NCBI GenBank assembly: GCA_016188295.1
Contig: JACPIA010000011.1
Location: forward strand, 3,993 to 67,992
Length of the DNA: 64,000 nt
Source of the DNA: Candidatus Vogelbacteria bacterium
GTDB lineage: Bacteria; Patescibacteriota; Minisyncoccia; Phycocordibacterales; XYD1-FULL-46-19
Direction of reading: 5' to 3'
In this document: piece after piece, positions 57,046 through 64,000 of the stretch
Layout: the number at the start of each line of letters is the position of its first letter
How positions within the stretch are numbered: position 1 is the first letter of the stretch
Position numbers and translations under genes: made by a program
Notes under the pieces: generated by a model
Databases searched by the model: none
What the model was told of the DNA's origin: nothing
What the model saw: only the letters and a program-made list of their open reading frames with translations

Positions 57046-57966
57046 ATGGAAAACGAAAAACTTGAAGAAAAAATAATAAAAAAAGATAGTCCATATGCGA
57101 CACCAACAGCTATTATTATCGTTGGAGTTATGTTATCTCTATCTGTGTTTTATGGTTTACGTAATCCCTCAAAAGGAACACCTTTACAAAAGGCAGACAC
57201 ACAAGTTTCTGCGCTCGAAGAAGCTGTTTTGCCATCTAAGGGGGTAGTTTTACCTGCATCGTGGGGTAACCTTGGTGTGCAACTCGTAGACAGTGGAGCT
57301 ATTGATACTGATAAATTCAAAGCTATTTATGAACAGAGAGGAGCTTTCACTGATGAGTATAAAAACTTATTGCTTGGAAATAATAATGGTCAGATTAAAA
57401 TTACTAGAGAAAATTCAGGATATTATCTCAATCTATTTTGGGCTCTTGGTCTCGCAAATAAAAATCCTATTTTAGACACAGGCGAGATGGTAGATCTTGA
57501 ATATGGTGGAGCAGGAAACTTTGCATCTACTGGTGGTTGGACAATCGCAAAAGGTAAGCCAATGGACCACTATAGCAAGCATGCATTAATTACACTAACT
57601 CCAGAACAGCAAGCCCTAGTCGATAAAATATCACGTGGAATATATAGACCCTGTTGTGGCAATTCAGTTCATTTTCCAGACTGTAATCATGGGATGGCAA
57701 TACTCGGGCTCTTGGAGCTAATGGCTTCACAAGGTGCAAGCGAACAAGACATGTGGAAAACAGCGTTAATAGTTAATTCTTACTGGTTCCCCGACACTTA
57801 TCTTACAATAGCGACTTATATGAAAGAAAAAGGAATTGAATGGAAAAATGTAAATCCGCAAGAAATGTTAAGTGCCAGTCATTCTAGTGCCCAAGGTTAT
57901 GCAAAAATTGCATCACAAGTAATTAAACCAGCTGATTCACAAAGTGCAGGTGGATGTGGAATATAA
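57046..57966 (+). CDS. Membrane-anchored Cys/His-rich protein (hypothetical metal-binding)
   Basis: N-terminal TM. RPCCGNSVHFPDCNHGMA cluster. C-terminal GGCGI. Confidence 0.4.
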   Translation: MENEKLEEKIIKKDSPYATPTAIIIVGVMLSLSVFYGLRNPSKGTPLQKADTQVSALEEAVLPSKGVVLPASWGNLGVQLVDSGAIDTDKFKAIYEQRGAFTDEYKNLLLGNNNGQIKITRENSGYYLNLFWALGLANKNPILDTGEMVDLEYGGAGNFASTGGWTIAKGKPMDHYSKHALITLTPEQQALVDKISRGIYRPCCGNSVHFPDCNHGMAILGLLELMASQGASEQDMWKTALIVNSYWFPDTYLTIATYMKEKGIEWKNVNPQEMLSASHSSAQGYAKIASQVIKPADSQSAGGCGI

Positions 57967-58088
57967 ATACTAATAAAAATAATTATGAAAACAAAACACA
58001 AAGTATTTATAGAAACGAATAATGATAGAGCTCCTGAAAGCGCGGTAATTTAGAAGACATTGACAAATAGGGGATGGGGGTATAAAGT

Positions 58089-58400
58089 ATGGGAAAGGTC
58101 GAACTTATACTATTAACTTATAAAACTATGTTAGATCAAAAATTAAAGAAGAAAGCACTCCATAGAGCAAGAATAATTCGTGGACAGGTTGATGGCCTTG
58201 TAAAGGCCATAGAAGCAGAGAAATATTGTATTGACTTAATAACACAGTCGAGATCAGTGCAACTTTCTCTAAAAAGTATGGATAGAGTTCTTTTGGCAAA
58301 TCATCTTAGTAGTCATGTAAAGCATATGCTTAATGATACAAAACAAGAAAGTAAAGCAATTAAAGAACTCGTAGATTTGTACACATTATCAAACAAATAA
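58089..58400 (+). CDS. CsoR/RcnR/FrmR-family metal-sensing transcriptional repressor
   Basis: RIIRGQVDGLVKAIEAEKYCIDLITQSRSVQLSLKSMDRVLLANHLSSHV matches the DUF156/CsoR fold with Cys and His ligands. Confidence 0.7.
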   Translation: MGKVELILLTYKTMLDQKLKKKALHRARIIRGQVDGLVKAIEAEKYCIDLITQSRSVQLSLKSMDRVLLANHLSSHVKHMLNDTKQESKAIKELVDLYTLSNK

Positions 58401-58413
58401 AACAATAACAAAT

Positions 58414-58635
58414 ATGAAACTATCTAAATTAATGCATATCGCCAGTGTTGTCGTGGGTCTAGTTGGAGTGATTACGTTTCTGGGGTCCATTTTGGGTGGA
58501 TCAGATAATTTGGTTTTTGGAATTACAAAAATAGATGCTTTGATTTGTTCTGCGATTCTTATTCTAATCGCTACTTGGCTTCAAATTGCAACAATTCATC
58601 ACATGATGCTTGAGAAGCGTGGAGAAATAGTTTAA
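58414..58635 (+). CDS. Small membrane protein (73 aa)
   Basis: Two TM helices. Confidence 0.35.
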   Translation: MKLSKLMHIASVVVGLVGVITFLGSILGGSDNLVFGITKIDALICSAILILIATWLQIATIHHMMLEKRGEIV

Positions 58636-58653
58636 TAAATTAATTAAAAATAT

Positions 58654-58917
58654 ATGGAACTATCATTAAAAAAATACGGTTGGAAATGTGTTCTTGGGTC
58701 CGAAATAGCTTATGTTCTTTGTGTGTTGGGCGGATTTATACCGCTTCGTAGTACAGCAGGTCTTGAGCTTCATCACACACTCTTTGAGACATTGCCTGGT
58801 TTTACTTGGATAACTACTGGAAGTTTTATATTGGGCGCAGTCTATATGTTTATCTTTGCTTGGATTTTCGGTTTCTATTTCGTGTGGATGCACAATTCAA
58901 GTCTTATCAGTAAATAG
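58654..58917 (+). CDS. Small membrane protein (87 aa)
   Basis: Two to three TM helices. Confidence 0.35.
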   Translation: MELSLKKYGWKCVLGSEIAYVLCVLGGFIPLRSTAGLELHHTLFETLPGFTWITTGSFILGAVYMFIFAWIFGFYFVWMHNSSLISK

Positions 58918-58925
58918 TAAAATAT

Positions 58926-59219
58926 ATGCACAATCATGATGAAAAAGGTAATAAAAATATGATGTGGATGATGGCAATTTGTTGTGGATTGCCATTTCTT
59001 TTCATATTTGTCGTTGGTGGAGGCGGTAGGACTCTGGGTGTTTCAACATGGGTCGTATTTGGCGGAATAGCAGTAATGATATTAGCTTACTTCTTTATAA
59101 TGGGGAAACATAAAGGTAATGGTAATTCAGATGAAAAGGATAAACTTACCGGAGAAGAAGATAAAAACAAAGATAACAAGGACGATAAAAATCATTCTGG
59201 TCACGGATGTTGTCACTAA
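58926..59219 (+). CDS. Small membrane protein with C-terminal His/Cys metal-binding tail (HSGHGCCH)
   Basis: Two TM helices. K/D-rich tail ending HSGHGCCH. Confidence 0.4.
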   Translation: MHNHDEKGNKNMMWMMAICCGLPFLFIFVVGGGGRTLGVSTWVVFGGIAVMILAYFFIMGKHKGNGNSDEKDKLTGEEDKNKDNKDDKNHSGHGCCH

Positions 59220-59228
59220 AAAATCATT

Positions 59229-59870
59229 ATGGAAAACTCTTACGGCCTTTGGTCACTTGTCATTATAAATTCGCTGGTTTTCATTATCTTTGCGTTTAGT
59301 TTTACTAAACCAAAGACTTCTAGAGATTGGCGATCATTTGGTGGCTTTTCGGCATTTATTGTCGCGCTCTTTACGGAGATGTATGGTTTTCCACTTACAA
59401 TATATTTTTTTTCTGGTTGGCTCTCTTCAAAATTTCCTGATGTTGATTTCTTTGCACACAATTCTGGGCATCTTTTTGAAGACTTCTTTGGTTGGGGTGG
59501 TGATCCGCATTTTGGACCGTTCCATATTGCAAGTTATATTCTAATCATTTACGGTCTTGCACTTCTCTCTATGGCATGGAAGATTCTTTACAAAGCTCAA
59601 AATGAACACACTTTAGCTCTTACTGGACCTTATACTTATATTCGTCATCCGCAATATGTTGGTTTTATATTAATTATGTTTGGATTTTTCTTGCAATGGC
59701 CGACACTTCTAACTCTAGTCATGTTTCCAATTCTTGTTTGGATGTACACACGACTTGCTAAAAGCGAGGAGAAAGATTCTCAAAAAGAATTTGGAGAATT
59801 GTGGAATGAGTATGCAGAAAGAACCCCGGCTTTTATTCCACGACGAAAAAAATTAACAGCTAATTCTTAA
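59229..59870 (+). CDS. Isoprenylcysteine carboxyl methyltransferase / phospholipid methyltransferase family membrane protein
   Basis: YTYIRHPQYVGFILIMFGF and the C-terminal EE..L..FGE..Y motif typical of the ICMT/PEMT family. Confidence 0.65.
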   Translation: MENSYGLWSLVIINSLVFIIFAFSFTKPKTSRDWRSFGGFSAFIVALFTEMYGFPLTIYFFSGWLSSKFPDVDFFAHNSGHLFEDFFGWGGDPHFGPFHIASYILIIYGLALLSMAWKILYKAQNEHTLALTGPYTYIRHPQYVGFILIMFGFFLQWPTLLTLVMFPILVWMYTRLAKSEEKDSQKEFGELWNEYAERTPAFIPRRKKLTANS

Positions 59871-59957
59871 ATTATAAGGTGAAAATTATTTTTTCTGTTC
59901 AAATCATTGTAAACAACAGTTTGAGAAAGATCACGAAACTTATATCTTAAAATAGTT

Positions 59958-60851
59958 ATGAACAACAAAACAAAATCAATCTTATACGGAACACTAGCAA
60001 GCTCAATTCTACTCGGAGTTTATTTTACAGTACTCACTCTGGTTTCTGGTTGGAGTTTTACTCAAGAGCAGTTCGTAGATTATTGGTATTTTATTGTTAG
60101 TTTGGCTGTAGGTTTCGGAGTTCAGATCGCTTTGTATCAATACATTAAAAGTTTGGTGCATAGTGGAAAAGGTATGGGGAAAGTAGTTGGAGTATCTGGA
60201 ACAACTTCTACAGCAGCAATGATTTCTTGCTGTACTCATTATTTAGTTAATTTAGTACCTATTCTTGGGGTGACAGGACTGGCGACATTCGCCGCACAAT
60301 ATCAAGTTAAGTTATTTTGGGTGGGAATTTTCTTTAATATTGCCGGAGTCGTGTATATGATAAATAGAATTCTTAAATTTAAAAAAATTATGAATAATAA
60401 GACTTTAACAATACTCACATTAGTGCTTGCTTTCCTGGGAGGTTTTCTCTTTTTTTATCGTGGTGGTCAGACAAAAGAATTAGCCCCTGTTGCTAATCAA
60501 GCAAATCAGCAAACAATCACTAAACAAACTTGGAAAACGAAAACTGAAGAACAAGCTTATGTGACAGTGGTAGTTACCCCCATAGATCTATCACTAAATT
60601 CTAAAGAATGGAGATTTGATGTCGGCATGAATACTCATTCGGTTGAATTGGATCAAGATATGATAAAGATTGCTGTTCTCGTTGATGATCAAGGCAAAGA
60701 GTATAAACCAATTAGTTGGGAAGGACCAGTTGGAGGACACCACAGAGAGGGCATGTTAATATTTAATCAGATAATACCAAATCCGAAATCCGTGGAATTA
60801 AAAATTTCTAATATTGGAGATGTTGTCAGAAGTTTTGTTTGGCAACTTTAA
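59958..60851 (+). CDS. Hypothetical membrane protein
   Basis: 297 aa. Several TM helices plus a C-terminal beta-rich domain. Confidence 0.4.
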   Translation: MNNKTKSILYGTLASSILLGVYFTVLTLVSGWSFTQEQFVDYWYFIVSLAVGFGVQIALYQYIKSLVHSGKGMGKVVGVSGTTSTAAMISCCTHYLVNLVPILGVTGLATFAAQYQVKLFWVGIFFNIAGVVYMINRILKFKKIMNNKTLTILTLVLAFLGGFLFFYRGGQTKELAPVANQANQQTITKQTWKTKTEEQAYVTVVVTPIDLSLNSKEWRFDVGMNTHSVELDQDMIKIAVLVDDQGKEYKPISWEGPVGGHHREGMLIFNQIIPNPKSVELKISNIGDVVRSFVWQL

Positions 60852-60860
60852 ATAAAAAAT

Positions 60861-61991
60861 ATGGATACATTGGTAGACAATAATTATCATGATCACTTTG
60901 GAGACAAACCAAATAAGTGGATAGTTATTATTATTTTAATAATATCATTTGCGGGAATTATTTATTCTCTTTCAAAACCCGTTGGGAAAGATGTGCTTAG
61001 TGGAAGAGTTTTAAAAGTGTTATCTGAGAAAGAAATAACACAAGAAATAGGCGATAAAAGCGGAATTTTAAAAGAACAAGATCTCTTGGTGGAAATTACT
61101 GAAGGATCGGAGAGAAAAGAAATAAATGTTTTGAATGATTATGGACCGGTGGCAATAGGTGACAAAATATTTTTAAGCCAATCGTTGTTTGGAGACAGTG
61201 AGTGGAGTATGGCTAACATCTCAAGAACAAGAGATTTAACGATATTGTTTGCTTTCTTTATTATTCTAGTGATTTTAACTAGTGGCTGGAAGGGGTTTTA
61301 TTCGCTCGTAGGTTTACTTTTTACTTTTGCGGTTATCTTCATATTCATACTGCCGCAGATACTAAAAGGTGTTTCGCCTGTTTTCATTGGTATTAGTGGT
61401 GCCTCTTTAATTCTAATCCCAACACTTTATTTATCATATGGTTTTAATAAGAAATCAGTAGCCGCTTTTTTGGGTATAATTATCGCTTTGATTTTTGTTG
61501 GTTTTATCTCTAATTATTTTGTTAACTCTCTAAATTTTACTGGAGCGAACGAGGCATTTTTATACTTAAATATGGTGTCGACCAATTCAATTAATGTTAT
61601 GGGACTTTTAATAACTGGTATAATCATTGCTGCCGTTGGTGTATTAGATGACGTGGCAGCCATTCAATCGTCTGTAGTTTTTAGTCTTGCGAGGGCCAAT
61701 AAGGATTTACGTGGTTTGAGACTTTTCAAGGAAGCAATGCATGTAGGAAAAGATCATATCTCTGCCGTAGTTAATACGCTAGTTCTTGCTTACACTGGCG
61801 CATCTCTCCCAGTTATTCTTCTTTTATTTATTCAAAAAATGCCCTTAGACTACTCGATCAGTTTGGAAATTGTTGCCGAAGAAATTACCCGAACTTTAAT
61901 ATCATCTTCCGGACTTTTGTTGGCTGTTCCTTTGACAACAATAATAGCTGTATTTATGGTCGACAAAAAATATAATAATCTTAATAAATAA
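60861..61991 (+). CDS. YibE/F-like polytopic membrane protein
   Basis: N-terminal TM plus extracellular region, followed by about 7 TM helices, the architecture of the YibE/F family. Confidence 0.45.
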   Translation: MDTLVDNNYHDHFGDKPNKWIVIIILIISFAGIIYSLSKPVGKDVLSGRVLKVLSEKEITQEIGDKSGILKEQDLLVEITEGSERKEINVLNDYGPVAIGDKIFLSQSLFGDSEWSMANISRTRDLTILFAFFIILVILTSGWKGFYSLVGLLFTFAVIFIFILPQILKGVSPVFIGISGASLILIPTLYLSYGFNKKSVAAFLGIIIALIFVGFISNYFVNSLNFTGANEAFLYLNMVSTNSINVMGLLITGIIIAAVGVLDDVAAIQSSVVFSLARANKDLRGLRLFKEAMHVGKDHISAVVNTLVLAYTGASLPVILLLFIQKMPLDYSISLEIVAEEITRTLISSSGLLLAVPLTTIIAVFMVDKKYNNLNK

Positions 61992-61995
61992 AATC

Positions 61996-62301
61996 ATGGA
62001 ACATAATCACACAGCAAAAGAAAAAATAATATATACATGTGTAATGCATCCAGAAGTTATTTATGATAAGCCTGGTGTTTGTCCTAAATGTGGCATGACG
62101 CTTATCAAAGTGAATACACAAGAAAAAAATAATCATTCTGGGCATGTTATGGGTAATCCATCTAAAATGAGTTTTTGGGGAAAATTCAAAATGAGTATGT
62201 CTATGACTATGGGGATGGACCACACGGGTCTTGCTGAACGAGAAGTGGCTCGTCTTATGGAACTCGACATTAAAAATAAATTCTTTTCATCAGGGGATTA
62301 A
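61996..62301 (+). CDS. Heavy-metal-binding-domain protein (YTCxMHPEV...CPKCGM motif) with Met-rich copper-binding segment
   Basis: YTCVMHPEVIYDKPGVCPKCGMTL matches the HMBD consensus. MSMSMTMGMDH is a Met-rich Cu(I)-binding-like motif. Confidence 0.65.
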   Translation: MEHNHTAKEKIIYTCVMHPEVIYDKPGVCPKCGMTLIKVNTQEKNNHSGHVMGNPSKMSFWGKFKMSMSMTMGMDHTGLAEREVARLMELDIKNKFFSSGD

Positions 62302-63400
62302 GACGAGTGACTATCTCATAATTAATCGTATCACTCAAATAAGCGATATTATCGGTCGATATCTCTAATTTTCCACTTTTACCAATTAAAATGGCCTCCA
62401 TTCCAACGGCTACCTTTTTAATATCAGTGACATCAATACTAATCATATCCATTGAAACGCGACCAATAATTTTTGCTTCATTGCCATTAATCAATACTTT
62501 ACCAATACTAGAGAGAGATCTAGGAAATCCATGCCAATAACCGACCGGCAAAATAGCGATTTTTGAGGGGCGAGTGATGGTCTCGGTTAAATCATAACCA
62601 ATTTTACTTCCTTTTGGGAAAGTTTTAATTTGAGTGACGATTGTTTTCCAAGTTAAAACCGGGGCTAATTTGATTTTTTGCTTAAAAGCTTCTTTGATCT
62701 CCTTAGCTGGCCACAGTCCATAAAGTCCGATCCCTACCCTTACTAGATCAAAGTGACTCTGTGGAAAAATGATTGTGCCGGAGGTAGCCGCGGCATGTTT
62801 TATTGCTATTTTAAAACCGGCTGACTCTAACAGATCAATCACTTTTTTAAATTCTTCTATTTGATTTAGGGTAGTAGTGGGAAAAGCGGGATTTTTAGCT
62901 GAAGAAAAGTGAGTATAAACACCCTCAAGGGTTATTGATAATTTTTTTGATTTTAAAATTTTTATTACCGTTGGGATTTCCGAAACTAGAAAACCCTGAC
63001 GATGCATCCCGGTATCAATTTTAAGATGGATTTTTAATTTACCGTCGCTCTTATTGATTGCTGTTAAATTTTTGAGAGTGGGTAGGTCGGCAATGGTTAA
63101 AGTAATGTTGCTTTTAATTGCTACTTTAATTTTGTTAGGCAAGGTGTAACCTAAAACTAAAATTGGTTTTTTTAAACCAGCTTGTCTTAAGCTTTCCGCC
63201 TCAACAATCGAATCAACGCCAAGCCAATCAACTCCTAAATTTTCTAAAGCTCGAGAAAAATCAATCAAACTATGACCGTAAGCGTTGGATTTAACCACGG
63301 CCATTAGCAGACATTTTGGGCCGATCAAATGTCGAAACATTTGATAATTATTTTTTAACGCTATTTGACTGATTTCAATCCAGGTTCTTAAGTTCTGCAT
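62270..63400 (-). CDS. alr: Alanine racemase
   Basis: PLP-binding motif VVKSNAYGHS. Length and C-terminal domain are typical. Overlaps the HMBD gene end convergently. Confidence 0.9.
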   Translation of the reverse strand: MQNLRTWIEISQIALKNNYQMFRHLIGPKCLLMAVVKSNAYGHSLIDFSRALENLGVDWLGVDSIVEAESLRQAGLKKPILVLGYTLPNKIKVAIKSNITLTIADLPTLKNLTAINKSDGKLKIHLKIDTGMHRQGFLVSEIPTVIKILKSKKLSITLEGVYTHFSSAKNPAFPTTTLNQIEEFKKVIDLLESAGFKIAIKHAAATSGTIIFPQSHFDLVRVGIGLYGLWPAKEIKEAFKQKIKLAPVLTWKTIVTQIKTFPKGSKIGYDLTETITRPSKIAILPVGYWHGFPRSLSSIGKVLINGNEAKIIGRVSMDMISIDVTDIKKVAVGMEAILIGKSGKLEISTDNIAYLSDTINYEIVTRLNPLMKRIYF

Positions 63401-63450
63401 TTGGATTTTTCTATCCTAACACAAAAACGCTCTACTGAGGGGGGTTTACT

Positions 63451-63591
63451 ATGGATACCGTGGATGGTATTTGGCAGCAGTACTGTCGCATGCAAGACGT
63501 ACTCCTAAACATTATGTCTGCCAAAGAATTATTCGCGGTGCTTGGTTATGCTCGCGGAAACAGGAAGTGTCACCCTGACTGCCGATACTGA
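63451..63591 (+). CDS. Small Cys-containing ORF (46 aa) or sRNA, hypothetical
   Basis: GAGGGGGG 6 nt upstream of the ATG. MDTVDGIWQQYCRMQDVLLNIMSAKELFAVLGYARGNRKCHPDCRY. Followed by a terminator. Confidence 0.3.
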   Translation: MDTVDGIWQQYCRMQDVLLNIMSAKELFAVLGYARGNRKCHPDCRY

Positions 63592-63616
63592 TTTAAAAGG
63601 TGATCGCACAAAACTT

Positions 63617-63650
63617 GGGCGCGTACGGATTTCCGTGGGCGCTCTTTTTT
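63617..63650 (+). terminator. Plus-strand intrinsic terminator (12-bp stem, loop ATTT, T6)
   Basis: GGGCGCGTACGG/CCGTGGGCGCTC (one mismatch, two G-U pairs) followed by TTTTTT. Confidence 0.6.
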
Positions 63651-63654
63651 AAAA

Positions 63655-63682
63655 CCAAAAAACCCCTGCCGTAAGGCAGAGG
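63655..63682 (-). terminator. Terminator of hup (CCTCTGCC-TTAC-GGCAGGGG plus T-tract on minus strand)
   Basis: 8-bp GC stem. The minus strand continues TTTTTTGG. Confidence 0.6.
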
Positions 63683-63745
63683 ATTTTTGGGTAGTGTCCA
63701 GCTCGGGGCTGGTTAATTGTTTTTCGAGCTCGAAAAACAAGAGAA

Positions 63746-64000
63746 TTAACGGACCGCGTCTTTGAGCGCTTTAGCGGCGCGGAATTTTGGCACCTTCATC
63801 GCCGCTACCTTAACCGCTTCTCCAGTGCGCGGATTGCGCGCGGTGCGGGCGGCTCGCGTTTTAGCGCTAAAGATACCTAAACCGGCAATCGAGACCTCGT
63901 CACCCTTTTTAAGAGTGTTAACAATCGACTCGATCACGGTGTCTACCGCCTTTTCAGATCCAGCTTTGGTACCGCCAATCGCTTCATTTACTGCGTCAAC
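63746..64000 (-). CDS. hup: HU/IHF-family DNA-binding protein (5' end beyond window)
   Basis: GLGIFSAKTRAARTARNPRTGEAVKVAAMKVPKFRAAKALKDAV is an HU signature. The reading frame stays open to the window edge. Confidence 0.85.
   Translation of the reverse strand, partial: VDAVNEAIGGTKAGSEKAVDTVIESIVNTLKKGDEVSIAGLGIFSAKTRAARTARNPRTGEAVKVAAMKVPKFRAAKALKDAVR

Noticed and set aside
1-64000. CRISPR arrays, rRNA genes, RNase P RNA, tmRNA, SRP RNA
   Set aside because: No regularly spaced direct repeats were seen, and no rRNA-like conserved stretches. I could not find the signature motifs GGAAAGTCCGG (RNase P RNA), a tRNA-like 3' end with a tag ORF (tmRNA), or GGAAGCAGCC (SRP RNA) in the ORF-poor regions.

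Overview
This 64-kb window is a chromosomal segment of a small-genome, low-to-moderate-GC bacterium. I estimate about 40% GC by eye; I could not compute it. The gene content is consistent with a Patescibacteria/CPR-like or other monoderm organism: very few Shine-Dalgarno sites, near-leaderless genes, a type IV pilus ATPase, and a minimal type-IV-secretion-like locus. This lineage call is my inference.

The window contains the replication-origin neighbourhood: dnaA and dnaN on the minus strand with DnaA boxes between them, diverging from rpmH-rnpA-yidC on the plus strand. Housekeeping genes present are polA (partial), tsaE, ruvB, ruvC, tyrS, a class A PBP, ksgA, uvrD/pcrA, lexA (with a Cheo-type SOS box), comM, rpsO, a Xer-like recombinase, cca, alr and hup (partial).

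Four tRNA genes are present (Arg-TCG, Gly-GCC, Pro-TGG, Gly-TCC). None of them encodes a 3' CCA.

The accessory content is as follows:
- A roughly 13.5-kb minus-strand operon (16.6-30.1 kb) encoding a minimized, Gram-positive-style T4SS-like apparatus. Its VirB4 ATPase is split into two ORFs. It has a VirB3-like protein, a VirB6-like polytopic protein, and a membrane-anchored M15-type peptidoglycan peptidase.
- Large secreted proteins and two divergent small secreted proteins next to that operon. A VirD4-like coupling protein is encoded separately at 35.6-38.0 kb.
- A REP-associated tyrosine transposase (RAYT) flanked by 23-bp palindromic REP-like elements. Two more REP copies lie elsewhere in the window.
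- A GC-rich island (about 57% GC, 51.0-53.3 kb) between tRNA-Pro and tRNA-Gly. It carries an AAA_28 kinase-like gene, a CYTH gene and a beta-helical membrane protein.
- A low-GC island (about 33% GC, 54.4-62.3 kb) with metal-sensing (CsoR-family), thiol-disulfide (CcdA/ScsB-like plus redoxin) and Met-rich/HMBD copper-binding genes.

Two peptidoglycan hydrolase genes show translational oddities. The amidase has its signal anchor in another reading frame. The LysM-M23 peptidase has an in-frame signal peptide upstream of its first ATG with no canonical start codon.

Several structured intergenic elements are reported as candidate ncRNAs or operators. No CRISPR array and no rRNA were seen.
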